DNA of 64,000 nucleotides from Fidelibacterota bacterium (GCA_046861385.1 JBHHTW010000001.1:95910-159909), one strand, 5' to 3'. Shown: positions 32,681-43,657, numbered from the stretch's first letter. Notes: a model not told the origin generated them from the sequence alone. A program made the numbers and translations.

Positions 32681-32935
32681 ATGAACGTAAAAATATATTC
32701 AACAAGCTGGTGTCCTTATTGCCGAAAGGCAAAAGCTATTTTAGATGGGAAAGGTATCGCTTACGAAGAAATTAATATTGAAGAAAAAGGAATGTCACGA
32801 GATGATTTATCCAAAATAACAGGAGGAATGTCCGTACCACAGATTGTCATTAATGATGAACCCATTGGCGGGTATGATAATCTCTGGGTGTTAAACCAAA
32901 ATGGGGAATTGGATAAAAAGTTGAACATAGAGTGA
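32681..32935 (+). CDS. Dithiol glutaredoxin (Grx3-like)
   Basis: CPYC, SVPQI, IGGYD. Confidence 0.93.
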   Translation: MNVKIYSTSWCPYCRKAKAILDGKGIAYEEINIEEKGMSRDDLSKITGGMSVPQIVINDEPIGGYDNLWVLNQNGELDKKLNIE

Positions 32936-32981
32936 ATTGACTATGTCACTACAGCATCGATATAGTCGATGCAATCCAAAA

Positions 32982-34739
32982 TTATTTCAATAATGTAACC
33001 TTCTGCCAGATTTCCTGATCTTTGCCTTTTACACGGACAAAGTAGGCGCCTGACGCCACGCGGTTCCCTCGATTGTTTAACCCATTCCACGTGATCAAAT
33101 GTTCTCCGGAATCGAAATGTTCATCAGTCAGCATTTTTACTAATCGACCCTGTAAATCATAAATGGATATACTAATGAAATCTGAATTTGGCATATCAAT
33201 CAGAATATGGGTTTCAGGATTAAAGGGATTTGGATAAGCATTTGAAATATTAAAATGATCTGGAATAACAGAATCAACTGAAACCTGACCGTCTGTAAAA
33301 TACATTGAATAACTGAAATCGACTACATTAGGACTTTGACTAACTACAACAAAATCAACCTGTGTTGCGCCGGAAGGGTCCACATTAATGGGGCTGCCGC
33401 TCCAGACCGTCCAAGCGGAATCACCATAGGACATGATGGCATGGAGTTCTAAGTCGGAACTTGATCCAATATCATTCATGAGTGTCACTAAAACAGGGTC
33501 GCTTGAAATAAGGCGGATATATTGTGCTGCATTCGCTTCGAGGGTGGTGCTGGTCACCGTATCCTTTGTACTGGCAAAGTAGGATACCGTTTGATAGGTT
33601 GAAGGAAAAATATTGTAAGCATTTGCTTCATCGTAGTTGTATGGATCCGCAGCGGCATTCGATGACATAATTCTATTGGCAATGGACATTTGATTCAACA
33701 TCTCACTAAAAGATGATCCCAAGTCTGTGAATGATTCATCTAAAGTTTGAATGCTGTATTCACCATAATAACTATCGTGTGTGATACTTTTTTCCCAGAA
33801 TTTCAGAATTGCATCGCTGCTTAAGTGGGAAGTGACATACTCAAAAAAGATGTAGGATCCATACCAGCGATCGCTCGAATCAAGGTTTAGCGATTGATGG
33901 GGAGAATGAAACCAGGAGGGCATGTATTGATAACAGTCATTAATATCATCATATACCATTTCTTCCGTCTGTACGGCAGTTGCCTCCATAACCCAAGCCT
34001 CTTCCCAGCCGTCATAGCCAAATTGAACCGCATGGAAAAATTCATGAGCTGCAGTAACTTGAATATTTTCTAATAATGTGTTTGAGAAACCGGTATAATT
34101 ATTTCGCATTGCCATGTAGCTTGTCATTGCATTGACTTCATTCACGCCGGGTGAATGCTCATTATTGCCTGTGTTATCAGCAAAATACTCCGGTTGAACA
34201 TACCCATACCATGTTGCATTTAAGTTACGGATATAAATGTCATATAATCCAGATCCACCATTATCATTGTTGGTGGGATACCAACCGTCGCCCGGTGGTT
34301 CGACATATCCCTGAACGGTCAGTAGTTCATTAAATACATGGGTAAAAGCATCAGCCATTTCTTCAACATAATCTGGAATAGAAGTGTTTTTTGAATCCAA
34401 CGGATCCACTGCATTTGAACCGGTTAAAGTATAATGAAACCGAAACATATCTGTATCGTAGGTTTCGTCTAGTCCATTGGCCTCCACCCGTGTATCCAAA
34501 GTACGATTAACAATAGGACCAGTAAAATTAAACCCTAATGCTTTCAATTTAAGTTTGGTTTCATCCGGAAGAGAATGACCATATCGCGCAATATTGAGTA
34601 AATTATCTGTAACGTGATGCTTTTGACCGATACCTGAAAAAGCTTGAATAATTTCATTCGCAGACCGAAGAACATTCGGATGTGGTTTCGCTGATTGCAA
34701 TCCGGTTATTAATAAAATGATTGATAAAAAATATTTCAT
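32982..34739 (-). CDS. Secreted zinc metallopeptidase (MXAN_6640-like) with C-terminal FlgD-Ig/Por-type sorting domain
   Basis: Signal peptide; TAAHEFFHAVQ, W.MEATA; tail AYPNPFNP...IYDLQGRLV...W.G....G..VASGAYF. Confidence 0.85.
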   Translation of the reverse strand: MKYFLSIILLITGLQSAKPHPNVLRSANEIIQAFSGIGQKHHVTDNLLNIARYGHSLPDETKLKLKALGFNFTGPIVNRTLDTRVEANGLDETYDTDMFRFHYTLTGSNAVDPLDSKNTSIPDYVEEMADAFTHVFNELLTVQGYVEPPGDGWYPTNNDNGGSGLYDIYIRNLNATWYGYVQPEYFADNTGNNEHSPGVNEVNAMTSYMAMRNNYTGFSNTLLENIQVTAAHEFFHAVQFGYDGWEEAWVMEATAVQTEEMVYDDINDCYQYMPSWFHSPHQSLNLDSSDRWYGSYIFFEYVTSHLSSDAILKFWEKSITHDSYYGEYSIQTLDESFTDLGSSFSEMLNQMSIANRIMSSNAAADPYNYDEANAYNIFPSTYQTVSYFASTKDTVTSTTLEANAAQYIRLISSDPVLVTLMNDIGSSSDLELHAIMSYGDSAWTVWSGSPINVDPSGATQVDFVVVSQSPNVVDFSYSMYFTDGQVSVDSVIPDHFNISNAYPNPFNPETHILIDMPNSDFISISIYDLQGRLVKMLTDEHFDSGEHLITWNGLNNRGNRVASGAYFVRVKGKDQEIWQKVTLLK

Positions 34740-34810
34740 CGTTTTTTTGTGATTATTTTGTTTTGGCACATTTTTCTCATTGATGTTCTATCGATAGATA
34801 CATTAAAGCA

Positions 34811-34936
34811 CTATTCTTCATTATTTTTTGATTGCTTTTCCATTCTTCGTTTGAACAGAACAAAACGGATAAATAATCCCATTAGTACCAAGCCACCAAC
34901 GTAAAATATGGCAAAATAGGGGAGTAATTCATTCAA
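34811..34936 (-). CDS. Small single-TM protein, 41 aa (not in ORF track)
   Basis: TTG start overlapping the upstream TGA; MNELLPYFAIFYVGGLVLMGLFIRFVLFKRRMEKQSKNNEE*. Confidence 0.65.
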   Translation of the reverse strand: MNELLPYFAIFYVGGLVLMGLFIRFVLFKRRMEKQSKNNEE

Positions 34937-35535
34937 TTTGATTGTTCCAGTGATTGGTCGAATACATAAGTTATGATTAATATAATCAATCCTAAAGACA
35001 ATTCAGAATTTCCGAATGAAGAGCCATCTTTTGATAGAATTCCGCTGATTGAAAGAGCTGCCCCAGTAAAATAAGATACATTGATCAACCGATGATGTAA
35101 TGTTAAATTTTCCTGATAATGGTTATGCTCCGGTTTATCGAGCATTGCGAGCACGGTTTGTGGTGGATAATACAATACTATCTCAATGGTTCGATTATTA
35201 TTTGATAAGTAAAATTCATAGTGATCAATTGGATTTTTCAGACGAAATGATAACTGAGTAGACCCTGGTGAATTTGAATTTTGAACCTTGAGAATTGGAG
35301 ATGAAAAAGGTGTGGATAAAATGGAAATCGTATCACTGATCGCTTTATGAATCGTTACATAAAACCAATCCTCGTTTACCCAACCGGTAATATTATTATA
35401 CTTGATAGCATCGTTTGATTGAAGTGTTAAAAATAAACCGTTTTGTTTTACATCGATTGTTAAATCTTGAATAATTGTTTGGCTCCGCCCTGCAGTCAAG
35501 CAGATGAGCAGCAATGGAAGCAAAATCGGTTTCAT
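34933..35535 (-). CDS. Hypothetical envelope protein (signal peptide, AMIN-like beta domain, C-terminal hydrophobic segments)
   Basis: 200 aa ORF; hydrophobicity pattern; fold assignment tentative. Confidence 0.65.
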   Translation of the reverse strand: MKPILLPLLLICLTAGRSQTIIQDLTIDVKQNGLFLTLQSNDAIKYNNITGWVNEDWFYVTIHKAISDTISILSTPFSSPILKVQNSNSPGSTQLSFRLKNPIDHYEFYLSNNNRTIEIVLYYPPQTVLAMLDKPEHNHYQENLTLHHRLINVSYFTGAALSISGILSKDGSSFGNSELSLGLIILIITYVFDQSLEQSN

Positions 35536-35654
35536 ATTAATCTTATTGTCGAGTATTACCTAAAAATTTACCGTAAATTTGGATAGAATTAATAATAGAA
35601 ACTAATAATGGATATAATCGTTTCTATTTATCAAAACAAAAAACGGGAGTTATT

Positions 35655-38087
35655 TTGAAAAAACTATTTCCACTGTTAATAATCACAGGCATTTTATTTA
35701 GTCAAAATGTTGATATTTCAAATATGAGAGCAGTCGGGTATTTACCTTTCGATTATGGCAGTGATATATGGGGATATACAGCACCGGATGGCCATGAGTT
35801 TGCATTAGTGGGAAGATATGATGGAACATCAATCGTCGATATATCAACCAATCCGAATAACCCGATTGAGGTAGGATTTATTCCCGGAGCATCATCTACT
35901 TGGCGCGATCTTAAAGTTCATGACCATTACTGTTATGTTACCAATGAATCGGGAGGCGGATTGGATATCATCGACCTTGAAGACCCATTCAATCCAAAAA
36001 AAATAGGATCTTACACTGCTACGTTTACCACGGCGCATAATATTTATATTGCTGATGGATACGCATATATTTTTGGTGCAAATACAGGTTCAGGCGGCTG
36101 CAGAATTCTTGATTTAGTAACAAATCCGGAAAAACCAAGGGAAGTTGGGTCTTGGGAAACGACATATTTTCATGACGGCTACGTAAAAAATGATACGTTA
36201 TATGGTAGTGGTATTTATGTCGGATCATTATACATCGTAGATGTATCTGATAAATTAAATCCCGAGACTATGGTTGAACATAATTATAGTAATTATGGAT
36301 GCCATGCAGTCTGGGTCAGTGGAGATTCAAAGTACGCGATTACAGCTGATGAAGAAAGTGGTGGGTTTATCCGGATTTTTAATATCGAGGATTTTAGTAA
36401 CATCAATCTATTATCAACTTGGTATCCCGATGAGCCAAACGCATCGTCAAAATCTGTTCACAATGTGTTTTGGAAAGAAGGGCTTTTGTACATATCATAT
36501 TACGTATATGGTACTCGAATACTGGATATGAGTGATCCGTCAAATCCGGTTGAAGTAGGTTATTATGATTTTTACCCAGGTGATGCAGGGTTATATAATG
36601 GGAATTGGGGGACATATCCTTATACTCAAAATGGTCTTATTTATTCCACTGATTTTAGTGGAGATGGTTTCTTCGTCATGAGTTACCCATTTTACGGTGA
36701 AATTGAATTGATAGAACTGGGTGATACTGAGGATAATATTTCACCAATTCCTTTAGGGGTATCCATTGTTGAAAGTTCGACTTATACAATTGATTATTCG
36801 ACTGTAAAGCTTCATTGGGGTATGAACGGGTCTATAACGGACTCCGTCGTAATGACATCTGATGGAAACCAATATACCGGGAATATTGTTCCAAGTGGTG
36901 AAAACGGTGAAATGGACTATTTTATTTCCTTCGAAACAACGAGTGATAATCGTGTAACTCAACCATATGGAGCTCCATTCGCAACATTTTCATTTCAAAT
37001 TGGTACCGATATTGAATTGCCGATAATCCACTCAGTTTCTGATATTGATGATCAATTTTATCCAAATGGTACACAAATGGTTTTTGTGGAAGCAACAGAT
37101 AATATTGGCGTTGACTCAGTCTATCTTTTTTGGAAAGTGGGTGATGGAGTTGAACAATCTGTTCCTTGTTTACGAGAATTAAACAGTGTGATCTATCAAG
37201 GGGAATTGGTTTATTCTAATGTGCCGCCGGGTACGGACATTACATATTGGATCAGAGCAATTGATGAGTCAAGTATGGCCAACACAACTGAATCAGATCC
37301 AAAAGAATTTTCAATTACAGACGATTTTATTCTTGGGAATTTTGAAAATGATATTGAGCTAAACGCATGGAATCTGGGGTCTTGGGGCAGACAATATGTC
37401 AATGCGGATATTGGGTTTGCACTCAATGACAGCCCGGGAGAATCTTACGCACCGAATTCCGAAAACCCCTGTGATTTGCTGGAACCCATTAATTTGACCT
37501 ATTTTGACCATGCATATTTTTTATTTAACTCAGGTGAAATGTTTTCCAATGGTGATTTTGGGACTTTTCAGCTAAAACAAGGAATCAACGGAACGTGGAC
37601 AACTCGACTCACCGTCAATGGATTCAATGTTATGAAACAAAGATATGTAAATCTTGATGATTTCCTCAACGAGGAAGAGTTGTATATCCGGCTGCTGTTT
37701 ACATCCGATGGAGAAGAAGAATCCCGAGGTTGGTTTGTGGATGATATTCATTTGATTTTAAATCAGGAAATGCCTGTTGTATCTTTAGATGACCATCTAA
37801 ATGTACCGGTGTCAATTACTTTACATAATGCCTATCCGAATCCATTCAACCCGTCTACGACCATTCAATTCACCCTGCCAAACCCAGGATCGGTAGAATT
37901 ATCAATTTATGATTTAGCCGGAAGGAAAATCCGGTCATTATTCAATGGAACCGCAGATGCTGGTATACAATCAGTTATTTGGGATGGGAAAGATCGTTTT
38001 GGAAATTCAGTGAGTTCCGGTGTTTATATTTACCAGTTGGCAGACGAAGAAATGATGCTTTCAAAGAAATTAATCCTATTGAAGTAG
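35655..38087 (+). CDS. Choice-of-anchor-B / LVIVD-repeat secreted protein with FlgD-Ig/Por-type tail
   Basis: SDIWGY, WRDLKV, AHNI, FHD, CHAVW, VHN, repeated (I/L)xD(I/L/V)SxPxNP.EVG; tail AYPNPFNPST...SSGVY. Confidence 0.85.
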   Translation: MKKLFPLLIITGILFSQNVDISNMRAVGYLPFDYGSDIWGYTAPDGHEFALVGRYDGTSIVDISTNPNNPIEVGFIPGASSTWRDLKVHDHYCYVTNESGGGLDIIDLEDPFNPKKIGSYTATFTTAHNIYIADGYAYIFGANTGSGGCRILDLVTNPEKPREVGSWETTYFHDGYVKNDTLYGSGIYVGSLYIVDVSDKLNPETMVEHNYSNYGCHAVWVSGDSKYAITADEESGGFIRIFNIEDFSNINLLSTWYPDEPNASSKSVHNVFWKEGLLYISYYVYGTRILDMSDPSNPVEVGYYDFYPGDAGLYNGNWGTYPYTQNGLIYSTDFSGDGFFVMSYPFYGEIELIELGDTEDNISPIPLGVSIVESSTYTIDYSTVKLHWGMNGSITDSVVMTSDGNQYTGNIVPSGENGEMDYFISFETTSDNRVTQPYGAPFATFSFQIGTDIELPIIHSVSDIDDQFYPNGTQMVFVEATDNIGVDSVYLFWKVGDGVEQSVPCLRELNSVIYQGELVYSNVPPGTDITYWIRAIDESSMANTTESDPKEFSITDDFILGNFENDIELNAWNLGSWGRQYVNADIGFALNDSPGESYAPNSENPCDLLEPINLTYFDHAYFLFNSGEMFSNGDFGTFQLKQGINGTWTTRLTVNGFNVMKQRYVNLDDFLNEEELYIRLLFTSDGEEESRGWFVDDIHLILNQEMPVVSLDDHLNVPVSITLHNAYPNPFNPSTTIQFTLPNPGSVELSIYDLAGRKIRSLFNGTADAGIQSVIWDGKDRFGNSVSSGVYIYQLADEEMMLSKKLILLK

Positions 38088-38108
38088 ACTTTTTATGCAA
38101 ATATAATT

Positions 38109-38139
38109 AAGGGGTGGAATAATCTACCCCTTTTTTTAT
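38109..38139 (+). terminator. Intrinsic terminator
   Basis: AAGGGGTGGA-ATAA-TCTACCCCTT followed by a T run. Confidence 0.75.
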
Positions 38140-38254
38140 TTACGATAACTCTGCAAAACACGCTTATATTGACTTTGAGATAGTTTATGATTGATTTTGA
38201 AGTTGAATAGAGGATATTGGAGCAGGTAATTTCCAAGCTAATAAATTTAAAATA

Positions 38255-39841
38255 ATGAAAACCAAAATCACAACATTCCTTCTACTGTCTGTCATTATCA
38301 CTGGTCAGGGAAAAACATCAGGTTCATTTGGAACTGTCACTATAGACAGAAAAGTGTGGAATCAAATCACATTACGTCCGGAAACTCCTCTATGGAAATT
38401 CAAGATTGCTTGGGATCTTGTTTTTTACTTTGACAGCGATGGAAATGTATACGATGAAAATTGGAATTTTACTTCCTTCCGTAATGGGAAAAATACAGTC
38501 ATTGATAAAATATATTATCTCAGTTATGGACGAATTGAGGACCCCTTGTACTTTAAAATTGGATTATTAGACAAAGTTGATTTGGGATATAAAATATTGG
38601 TGAATAATTATTCCAACACCGTTCAATATCCTCAAGTGAGAAATATTGGGATGAATATTCGCATCAACAATCAATATGTTTCTGTTCAGGGATTTGTAAA
38701 TGATTTTAAGCAAAATGCCGGTGTTTTTGGAGCCCGCATTATAATGCCAAGTTTACTTTCAATGCCGGTTGGATTCACGTTCGTAGTTGACCGGAATCAA
38801 TATTTAGGATTAAAAGATTCAGATGAAGATGGCTATCCAAACCTTATTGATCATTTTCCCAATAATGATCATTATTGCCTCGACTCGGATGGTGACGGAT
38901 TAGCCGATAATCATGCGAATGAGTATGACAGGGATGGGGATGGTTTTCCGGATGTATATGATTTAGAAGCCATTCACTCATTTTGGGAATCATTAGGAGA
39001 AGCTGTCGGGCAGGATTTTAGTAGCGAAGCGTTTTATGATTCACTTCCTGACCAGGATGTTTCTTTGCTGCCTACACCATTTAATGTTTCACGAAATTCA
39101 GATCCGATTGCTGCAATTGCCGTTGACTTCGGCTATCCGGTTTATGCTCAGGAAAAAATGTTAATATCTATCTATGCACAAGCAGCACAAATGGTTGGGA
39201 AAACAGAGCATCCGGGGAATGGAAAAAAAGTAAATTTAGGTTTTGGATTGGTGCCCGTTGGAATAGCCAGTCAATTTGGACCGGCAACATTCAATATAGA
39301 ATATCGAATGATTCCAAGTGGGAAATTTGAATTTAGCTATTGGAACAGAACCTACGAATTGGAACGGGCAACGATAATGACAACTACTGATAAAACCAAA
39401 GTAATATCCAAAGAATCCACATTAGGATTGTACGGGGATCAAAGAGGATATTTTGCAAAACTCGGACTGAAAATTGGGCCGTTATTTAAAATGAGCGCAT
39501 CCTATCAAAATTTAATTGGGTCTAATTGGAATGGTCGTAAGGAAAAGTTTGTTACAAGTCAAAATCAAAGTTTGTCTGCTTCATGTGATTTAATAAAAAG
39601 TATTAGTCGGATTCAATATGCACAAATTTTTTACCAGCAGCGAAATGTACCTCATCCACTTAAATTCAAACATACAGAAAGTACCATAATGGGGTATCGT
39701 GCAGGTGTGGAACTCGGGTCTGGATTGTTATTGAACTATACGTTTCAAAAATCATTCCGCGACTTGGATGGAGATGGAAATATATCCGGTAATAATGAAG
39801 CAGTTAATCTCGTGACAATAGAAACATCATTTTCAATATGA
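38255..39841 (+). CDS. Putative outer-membrane protein with inserted thrombospondin type-3-like Ca-binding repeats
   Basis: Signal peptide; DSDEDGYPNLIDHFP, DSDGDGLAD, DRDGDGFPD, DLDGDG; amphipathic beta strands, C-terminal ETSFSI. Confidence 0.7.
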   Translation: MKTKITTFLLLSVIITGQGKTSGSFGTVTIDRKVWNQITLRPETPLWKFKIAWDLVFYFDSDGNVYDENWNFTSFRNGKNTVIDKIYYLSYGRIEDPLYFKIGLLDKVDLGYKILVNNYSNTVQYPQVRNIGMNIRINNQYVSVQGFVNDFKQNAGVFGARIIMPSLLSMPVGFTFVVDRNQYLGLKDSDEDGYPNLIDHFPNNDHYCLDSDGDGLADNHANEYDRDGDGFPDVYDLEAIHSFWESLGEAVGQDFSSEAFYDSLPDQDVSLLPTPFNVSRNSDPIAAIAVDFGYPVYAQEKMLISIYAQAAQMVGKTEHPGNGKKVNLGFGLVPVGIASQFGPATFNIEYRMIPSGKFEFSYWNRTYELERATIMTTTDKTKVISKESTLGLYGDQRGYFAKLGLKIGPLFKMSASYQNLIGSNWNGRKEKFVTSQNQSLSASCDLIKSISRIQYAQIFYQQRNVPHPLKFKHTESTIMGYRAGVELGSGLLLNYTFQKSFRDLDGDGNISGNNEAVNLVTIETSFSI

Positions 39842-42429
39842 AGACAGCCAATGAAATACGGAATTCATTTATAGAATTCTTTTTACAGAAAAACCATCAC
39901 TTTATTCGAAGTGGACCGGTTGTACCCATCGACGACCCAACCCTGCTATTTACCAACGCAGGTATGAATCAATTCAAGCCAATATTTCTAGGGGAAAAAG
40001 ATTCAACTTATCCTCGTGCTGTAAACAGCCAGAAGTGCATTCGTGTTAGTGGGAAACACAACGATTTAGAAGAAGTTGGATTAGATACATACCATCACAC
40101 GTTTTTTGAAATGTTGGGTAATTGGTCATTTGGAGATTATTATAAAGCAGAAGCTATCCAGTGGGCCTGGGAGTTATTTACAGATGTTTGGAAACTGGAT
40201 AAAAACCGCCTATGGGCAACGGTATACGAAGGAGACAATGAAGGTTTTGAATTATGGCCAAAGGTAACCGATATAGATCCGAGCAGAGTATTAAAATGTG
40301 GTAAAAAAGATAATTTCTGGGAGATGGGCCCAGCCGGACCTTGTGGACCTTGTTCGGAAATACATTATTATATAGGCAAGGATATTGGGAATCAATCAGC
40401 AGATTATGTAAATCATTCTGATGAATATTGGGAATTATGGAATTTAGTTTTCATCCAAAATAATCGATTGGAAGATGGCACCTTGGAAAATCTGCCTCAA
40501 AAGCATGTTGATACGGGGGCAGGTCTTGAAAGAATTGTGTCCGTTCTTCAAGGAAAAACCAGCAATTATGATACAGATCTTTTTTCCGGAATTATATTAA
40601 AAATTGAAGAACTAACGGGCAAAATTTATACCGAAACGCCGGTTCCGTTTCAAGTCATTGCAGACCATATTCGAATGCTGTCATTTTCTATCGCTGATGG
40701 AGCCCTACCATCTAATGATGGGAGAGGATATGTCTTACGACGAATATTAAGACGCGCCACCCGCTTTGGCCGTATGCTGGATCAGCATAAACCGTTTATT
40801 TATCAATTAGTTGAATCTGTTTGCGATATTATGGGAGATTCATACCCTGAATTAACCGATAAGAAAGTTCATATCGAAAAGGTTATCAGGGCTGAAGAAG
40901 CTTCTTTTGGTGAAACATTGGATCGTGGAATCATCCATTTTGAGAAAATGTTAAAGAATATTTCCGGAGATATCATTCCCGGGGAAGAAGTGTTTAAACT
41001 GTATGATACGTACGGCTTTCCCTTAGACCTTACACAATTAATGGCTCGCGAATCCGGAATGTCAGTCGATGAAGACGGCTTCAATACCGCCATGGATTCG
41101 CAACGACACCGAACCAAGAATTCAGGTAAATTCAAGCGGGATATGAAGAACATTATTTGGACCACAGTGAGCGAAGGAAAAGATTCAACCTTCTTGGGTT
41201 ATGAATCGCTTCGCGCGGATGCAAGCATCAAGCGATATGCAATTATTAGGGAGTCTATTCTGATCGTTTTGGACGAAACACCTTTTTACGCTGAGTCCGG
41301 CGGACAAGTGAATGATTTAGGTTCAATTGTGGGTCTCGGAATCGACTTGACGGTCTTGGATGTTCAAAAAGAACACGATACATTTATTCATTACTGCAAA
41401 GGTGATTTCGATGAAAAGAATAGCAGGAATAGGGTTGTTTGTACGGTGGATGAATTTCGTAGAAAAAAAATAGCCAAGAATCATTCTGCCACTCATTTAA
41501 TGCATCGAGCGCTCAAAATAGTCTTGGGTGATCACGTAAATCAGGCAGGCTCCCTGGTTGATCCGGACTATCTTCGCTTTGATCTAACACATCATGAAAA
41601 AATCAATTCTGATGAAATTCGGGAAATTGAAACGATTGTGAATGATGAAATATTAAAGAATACTATTGTTCAAACCGGAGTAAAAGATTATAACGACGCG
41701 AGACAGGAAGGTGCCACTGCAATATTTGGAGAAAAATATGGTGACATTGTCCGTGTTCTTTCAATTGGGAAGTTTTCAAAAGAATTATGTGGCGGTACTC
41801 ACGTAAATCGTACCGGTGAAATTGGTTTCTTCAAAATCGTGGAAGAGTCATCTCTGGCATCCGGAGTGCGTCGGATAGCGGCAGTCACTGGGCCGAAAGC
41901 GGTTGAATATGTTCAAAATCAGGCTGCTATCACTGAAGAATTACAAATGAAATTAGCCTGCTCGTCCGAAAATCTGGTTCTTAGAGTTGAGCAGCTGTTG
42001 GTTCAAAAGAAAAAACTGGAAAAAAAATTAAAGCAAAAACATGTTTCATCTGTTTCGTTTGATGCGAAAAAGGAGATTGAAAATTCACACAAGATAAATG
42101 GGTACCCGGTTGTAATTCGCAAATTGGATGCAGCTGATTTGGATATGCTGAAACAATTTGGAGATCAATTATTAAGCGGAATGAAATCAGGAATTGGTAT
42201 TCTCGGTTCGTCATCCGGTGAAAAACCAATGATTGTTGTTGTTACAACAAAAGATTTAATTGAAAAAGGAATATCCGCACCGGTATTGGCTAAAGAGATT
42301 GGTGCATTCATGGGTGGTGGCGGAGGAGGAAAACCCCATTTGGCAACCGCCGGCGGTAAACATAATTCGAAATTGGATTCTGCTTTGGAAGAAGCAAAAA
42401 AAATAATTATTAATATCATAAAAGGATAG
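39838..42429 (+). CDS. alaS: Alanine--tRNA ligase
   Basis: DPTLLFTNAGM, HHTFFEMLGNWSFGDY, DTGAGLER, NHSATH, ELCGGTH, GGGGGGKP. Confidence 0.99.
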   Translation: MKTANEIRNSFIEFFLQKNHHFIRSGPVVPIDDPTLLFTNAGMNQFKPIFLGEKDSTYPRAVNSQKCIRVSGKHNDLEEVGLDTYHHTFFEMLGNWSFGDYYKAEAIQWAWELFTDVWKLDKNRLWATVYEGDNEGFELWPKVTDIDPSRVLKCGKKDNFWEMGPAGPCGPCSEIHYYIGKDIGNQSADYVNHSDEYWELWNLVFIQNNRLEDGTLENLPQKHVDTGAGLERIVSVLQGKTSNYDTDLFSGIILKIEELTGKIYTETPVPFQVIADHIRMLSFSIADGALPSNDGRGYVLRRILRRATRFGRMLDQHKPFIYQLVESVCDIMGDSYPELTDKKVHIEKVIRAEEASFGETLDRGIIHFEKMLKNISGDIIPGEEVFKLYDTYGFPLDLTQLMARESGMSVDEDGFNTAMDSQRHRTKNSGKFKRDMKNIIWTTVSEGKDSTFLGYESLRADASIKRYAIIRESILIVLDETPFYAESGGQVNDLGSIVGLGIDLTVLDVQKEHDTFIHYCKGDFDEKNSRNRVVCTVDEFRRKKIAKNHSATHLMHRALKIVLGDHVNQAGSLVDPDYLRFDLTHHEKINSDEIREIETIVNDEILKNTIVQTGVKDYNDARQEGATAIFGEKYGDIVRVLSIGKFSKELCGGTHVNRTGEIGFFKIVEESSLASGVRRIAAVTGPKAVEYVQNQAAITEELQMKLACSSENLVLRVEQLLVQKKKLEKKLKQKHVSSVSFDAKKEIENSHKINGYPVVIRKLDAADLDMLKQFGDQLLSGMKSGIGILGSSSGEKPMIVVVTTKDLIEKGISAPVLAKEIGAFMGGGGGGKPHLATAGGKHNSKLDSALEEAKKIIINIIKG

Positions 42430-42430
42430 G

Positions 42431-42856
42431 ATGCAGTTCAAACAAGACAGAAATACCTATATTATTTATATCCTGCAAAATGAGAAAATAATGAGCGTAT
42501 TAACTCAATTTTGCAAAGATCATATGATCCATAATGGTCAGGTTTCAGGCATCGGTGCAATAAGGAATATTGAAATGGGTGCTTATGATATTGATAAAAA
42601 AGAGTATGTTACTCATCAGCTGAGTCAAACTTGGGAATTAGTATCTTTTCAGGGCAACATATTATTGAAGGACGGAGAACCATTCATTCATGCTCATATA
42701 AATGTCAGCAACCATGAGTTGGCTGTCAAAGGAGGCCATTTGTTTGAAGCGGAAGTATCAGCTGTTGGGGAATTTATTCTGCATAAAATCGAGACAGATG
42801 GTAAACGCGAGTTGGATCCAAATATCGGTTTAGCAACTATGTGTTTTATTGATTAG
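42431..42856 (+). CDS. PPC/DUF296 domain protein
   Basis: GIGA, ELVSFQGNI, PFIHAH, GGHL. Confidence 0.9.
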   Translation: MQFKQDRNTYIIYILQNEKIMSVLTQFCKDHMIHNGQVSGIGAIRNIEMGAYDIDKKEYVTHQLSQTWELVSFQGNILLKDGEPFIHAHINVSNHELAVKGGHLFEAEVSAVGEFILHKIETDGKRELDPNIGLATMCFID

Positions 42857-42864
42857 GAGGAATC

Positions 42865-43254
42865 ATGGAGAAAAAAGTCATTCATACAAATAATGCACCG
42901 GCAGCAATTGGACCTTATAGTCAAGGAATTGAATGCGGTGGTTTCATTTTTACTGCCGGACAAATTCCAATAGACCCAGATACGACTAAATTAATCGATG
43001 GGAATTTCCAATCGCAAGTCAGAAGAGTGTTGGAAAATATTAAAGGGATACTTTCCGAAGGTGGTTCTGATTTATCGCGAGTTGTAAAGATGACAGTTTT
43101 TGTCACTGATCTAAATAATTTTTCTCAATTAAATGCAGTATTTTCTGAATTTTTCGGGAATACTAATCCTCCAGCCCGATCTGCAGTAGAAGTGTCTGCG
43201 TTACCTTTAGGCTCTGAAGTGGAAATTGAATGTATTGCAGCAGTAGATGAATGA
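42865..43254 (+). CDS. ridA: RidA family enamine/imine deaminase
   Basis: APAAIGPYSQ, GQIP, PARSAVEV..LP...VEIE. Confidence 0.93.
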   Translation: MEKKVIHTNNAPAAIGPYSQGIECGGFIFTAGQIPIDPDTTKLIDGNFQSQVRRVLENIKGILSEGGSDLSRVVKMTVFVTDLNNFSQLNAVFSEFFGNTNPPARSAVEVSALPLGSEVEIECIAAVDE

Positions 43255-43649
43255 AAAATATACTAATTATTATTATCTTGACAGGTTTGGGCTTTACCCA
43301 AACATTGGACTCGTTGGATCATAAATCATCTAGAAAAGCAGCATTATACGGAGCATTATTCCCTGGATTAGGACAAGTTTATAATGAGAAATATTTTAAA
43401 AGTTCGGTTGTTTTATCCCTGGAGGCAGTGGTCATTTATCAATGGTTATTGAATGGGGATATTTATAAAAATTATGAAATGGGGGATTATTCATTGCCAA
43501 AACATCGCTATCTGGAAAAGAGAAATAAGTATGCTTGGTGGGCAGTGTTTGTGTATGTTTACGGTTTGATAGACGCTGTTGTGGATGCTCATTTAAGTCC
43601 ATTCAATGACGTTATGAATGAAAATATTGAAAAATCAGAGGCAAATTGA
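43251..43649 (+). CDS. DUF5683-like membrane protein
   Basis: A.L...FPGLGQVYN..Y.K, IDAVVDAHL. Confidence 0.75.
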   Translation: MKNILIIIILTGLGFTQTLDSLDHKSSRKAALYGALFPGLGQVYNEKYFKSSVVLSLEAVVIYQWLLNGDIYKNYEMGDYSLPKHRYLEKRNKYAWWAVFVYVYGLIDAVVDAHLSPFNDVMNENIEKSEAN

Positions 43650-43657
43650 GAGGTAAA

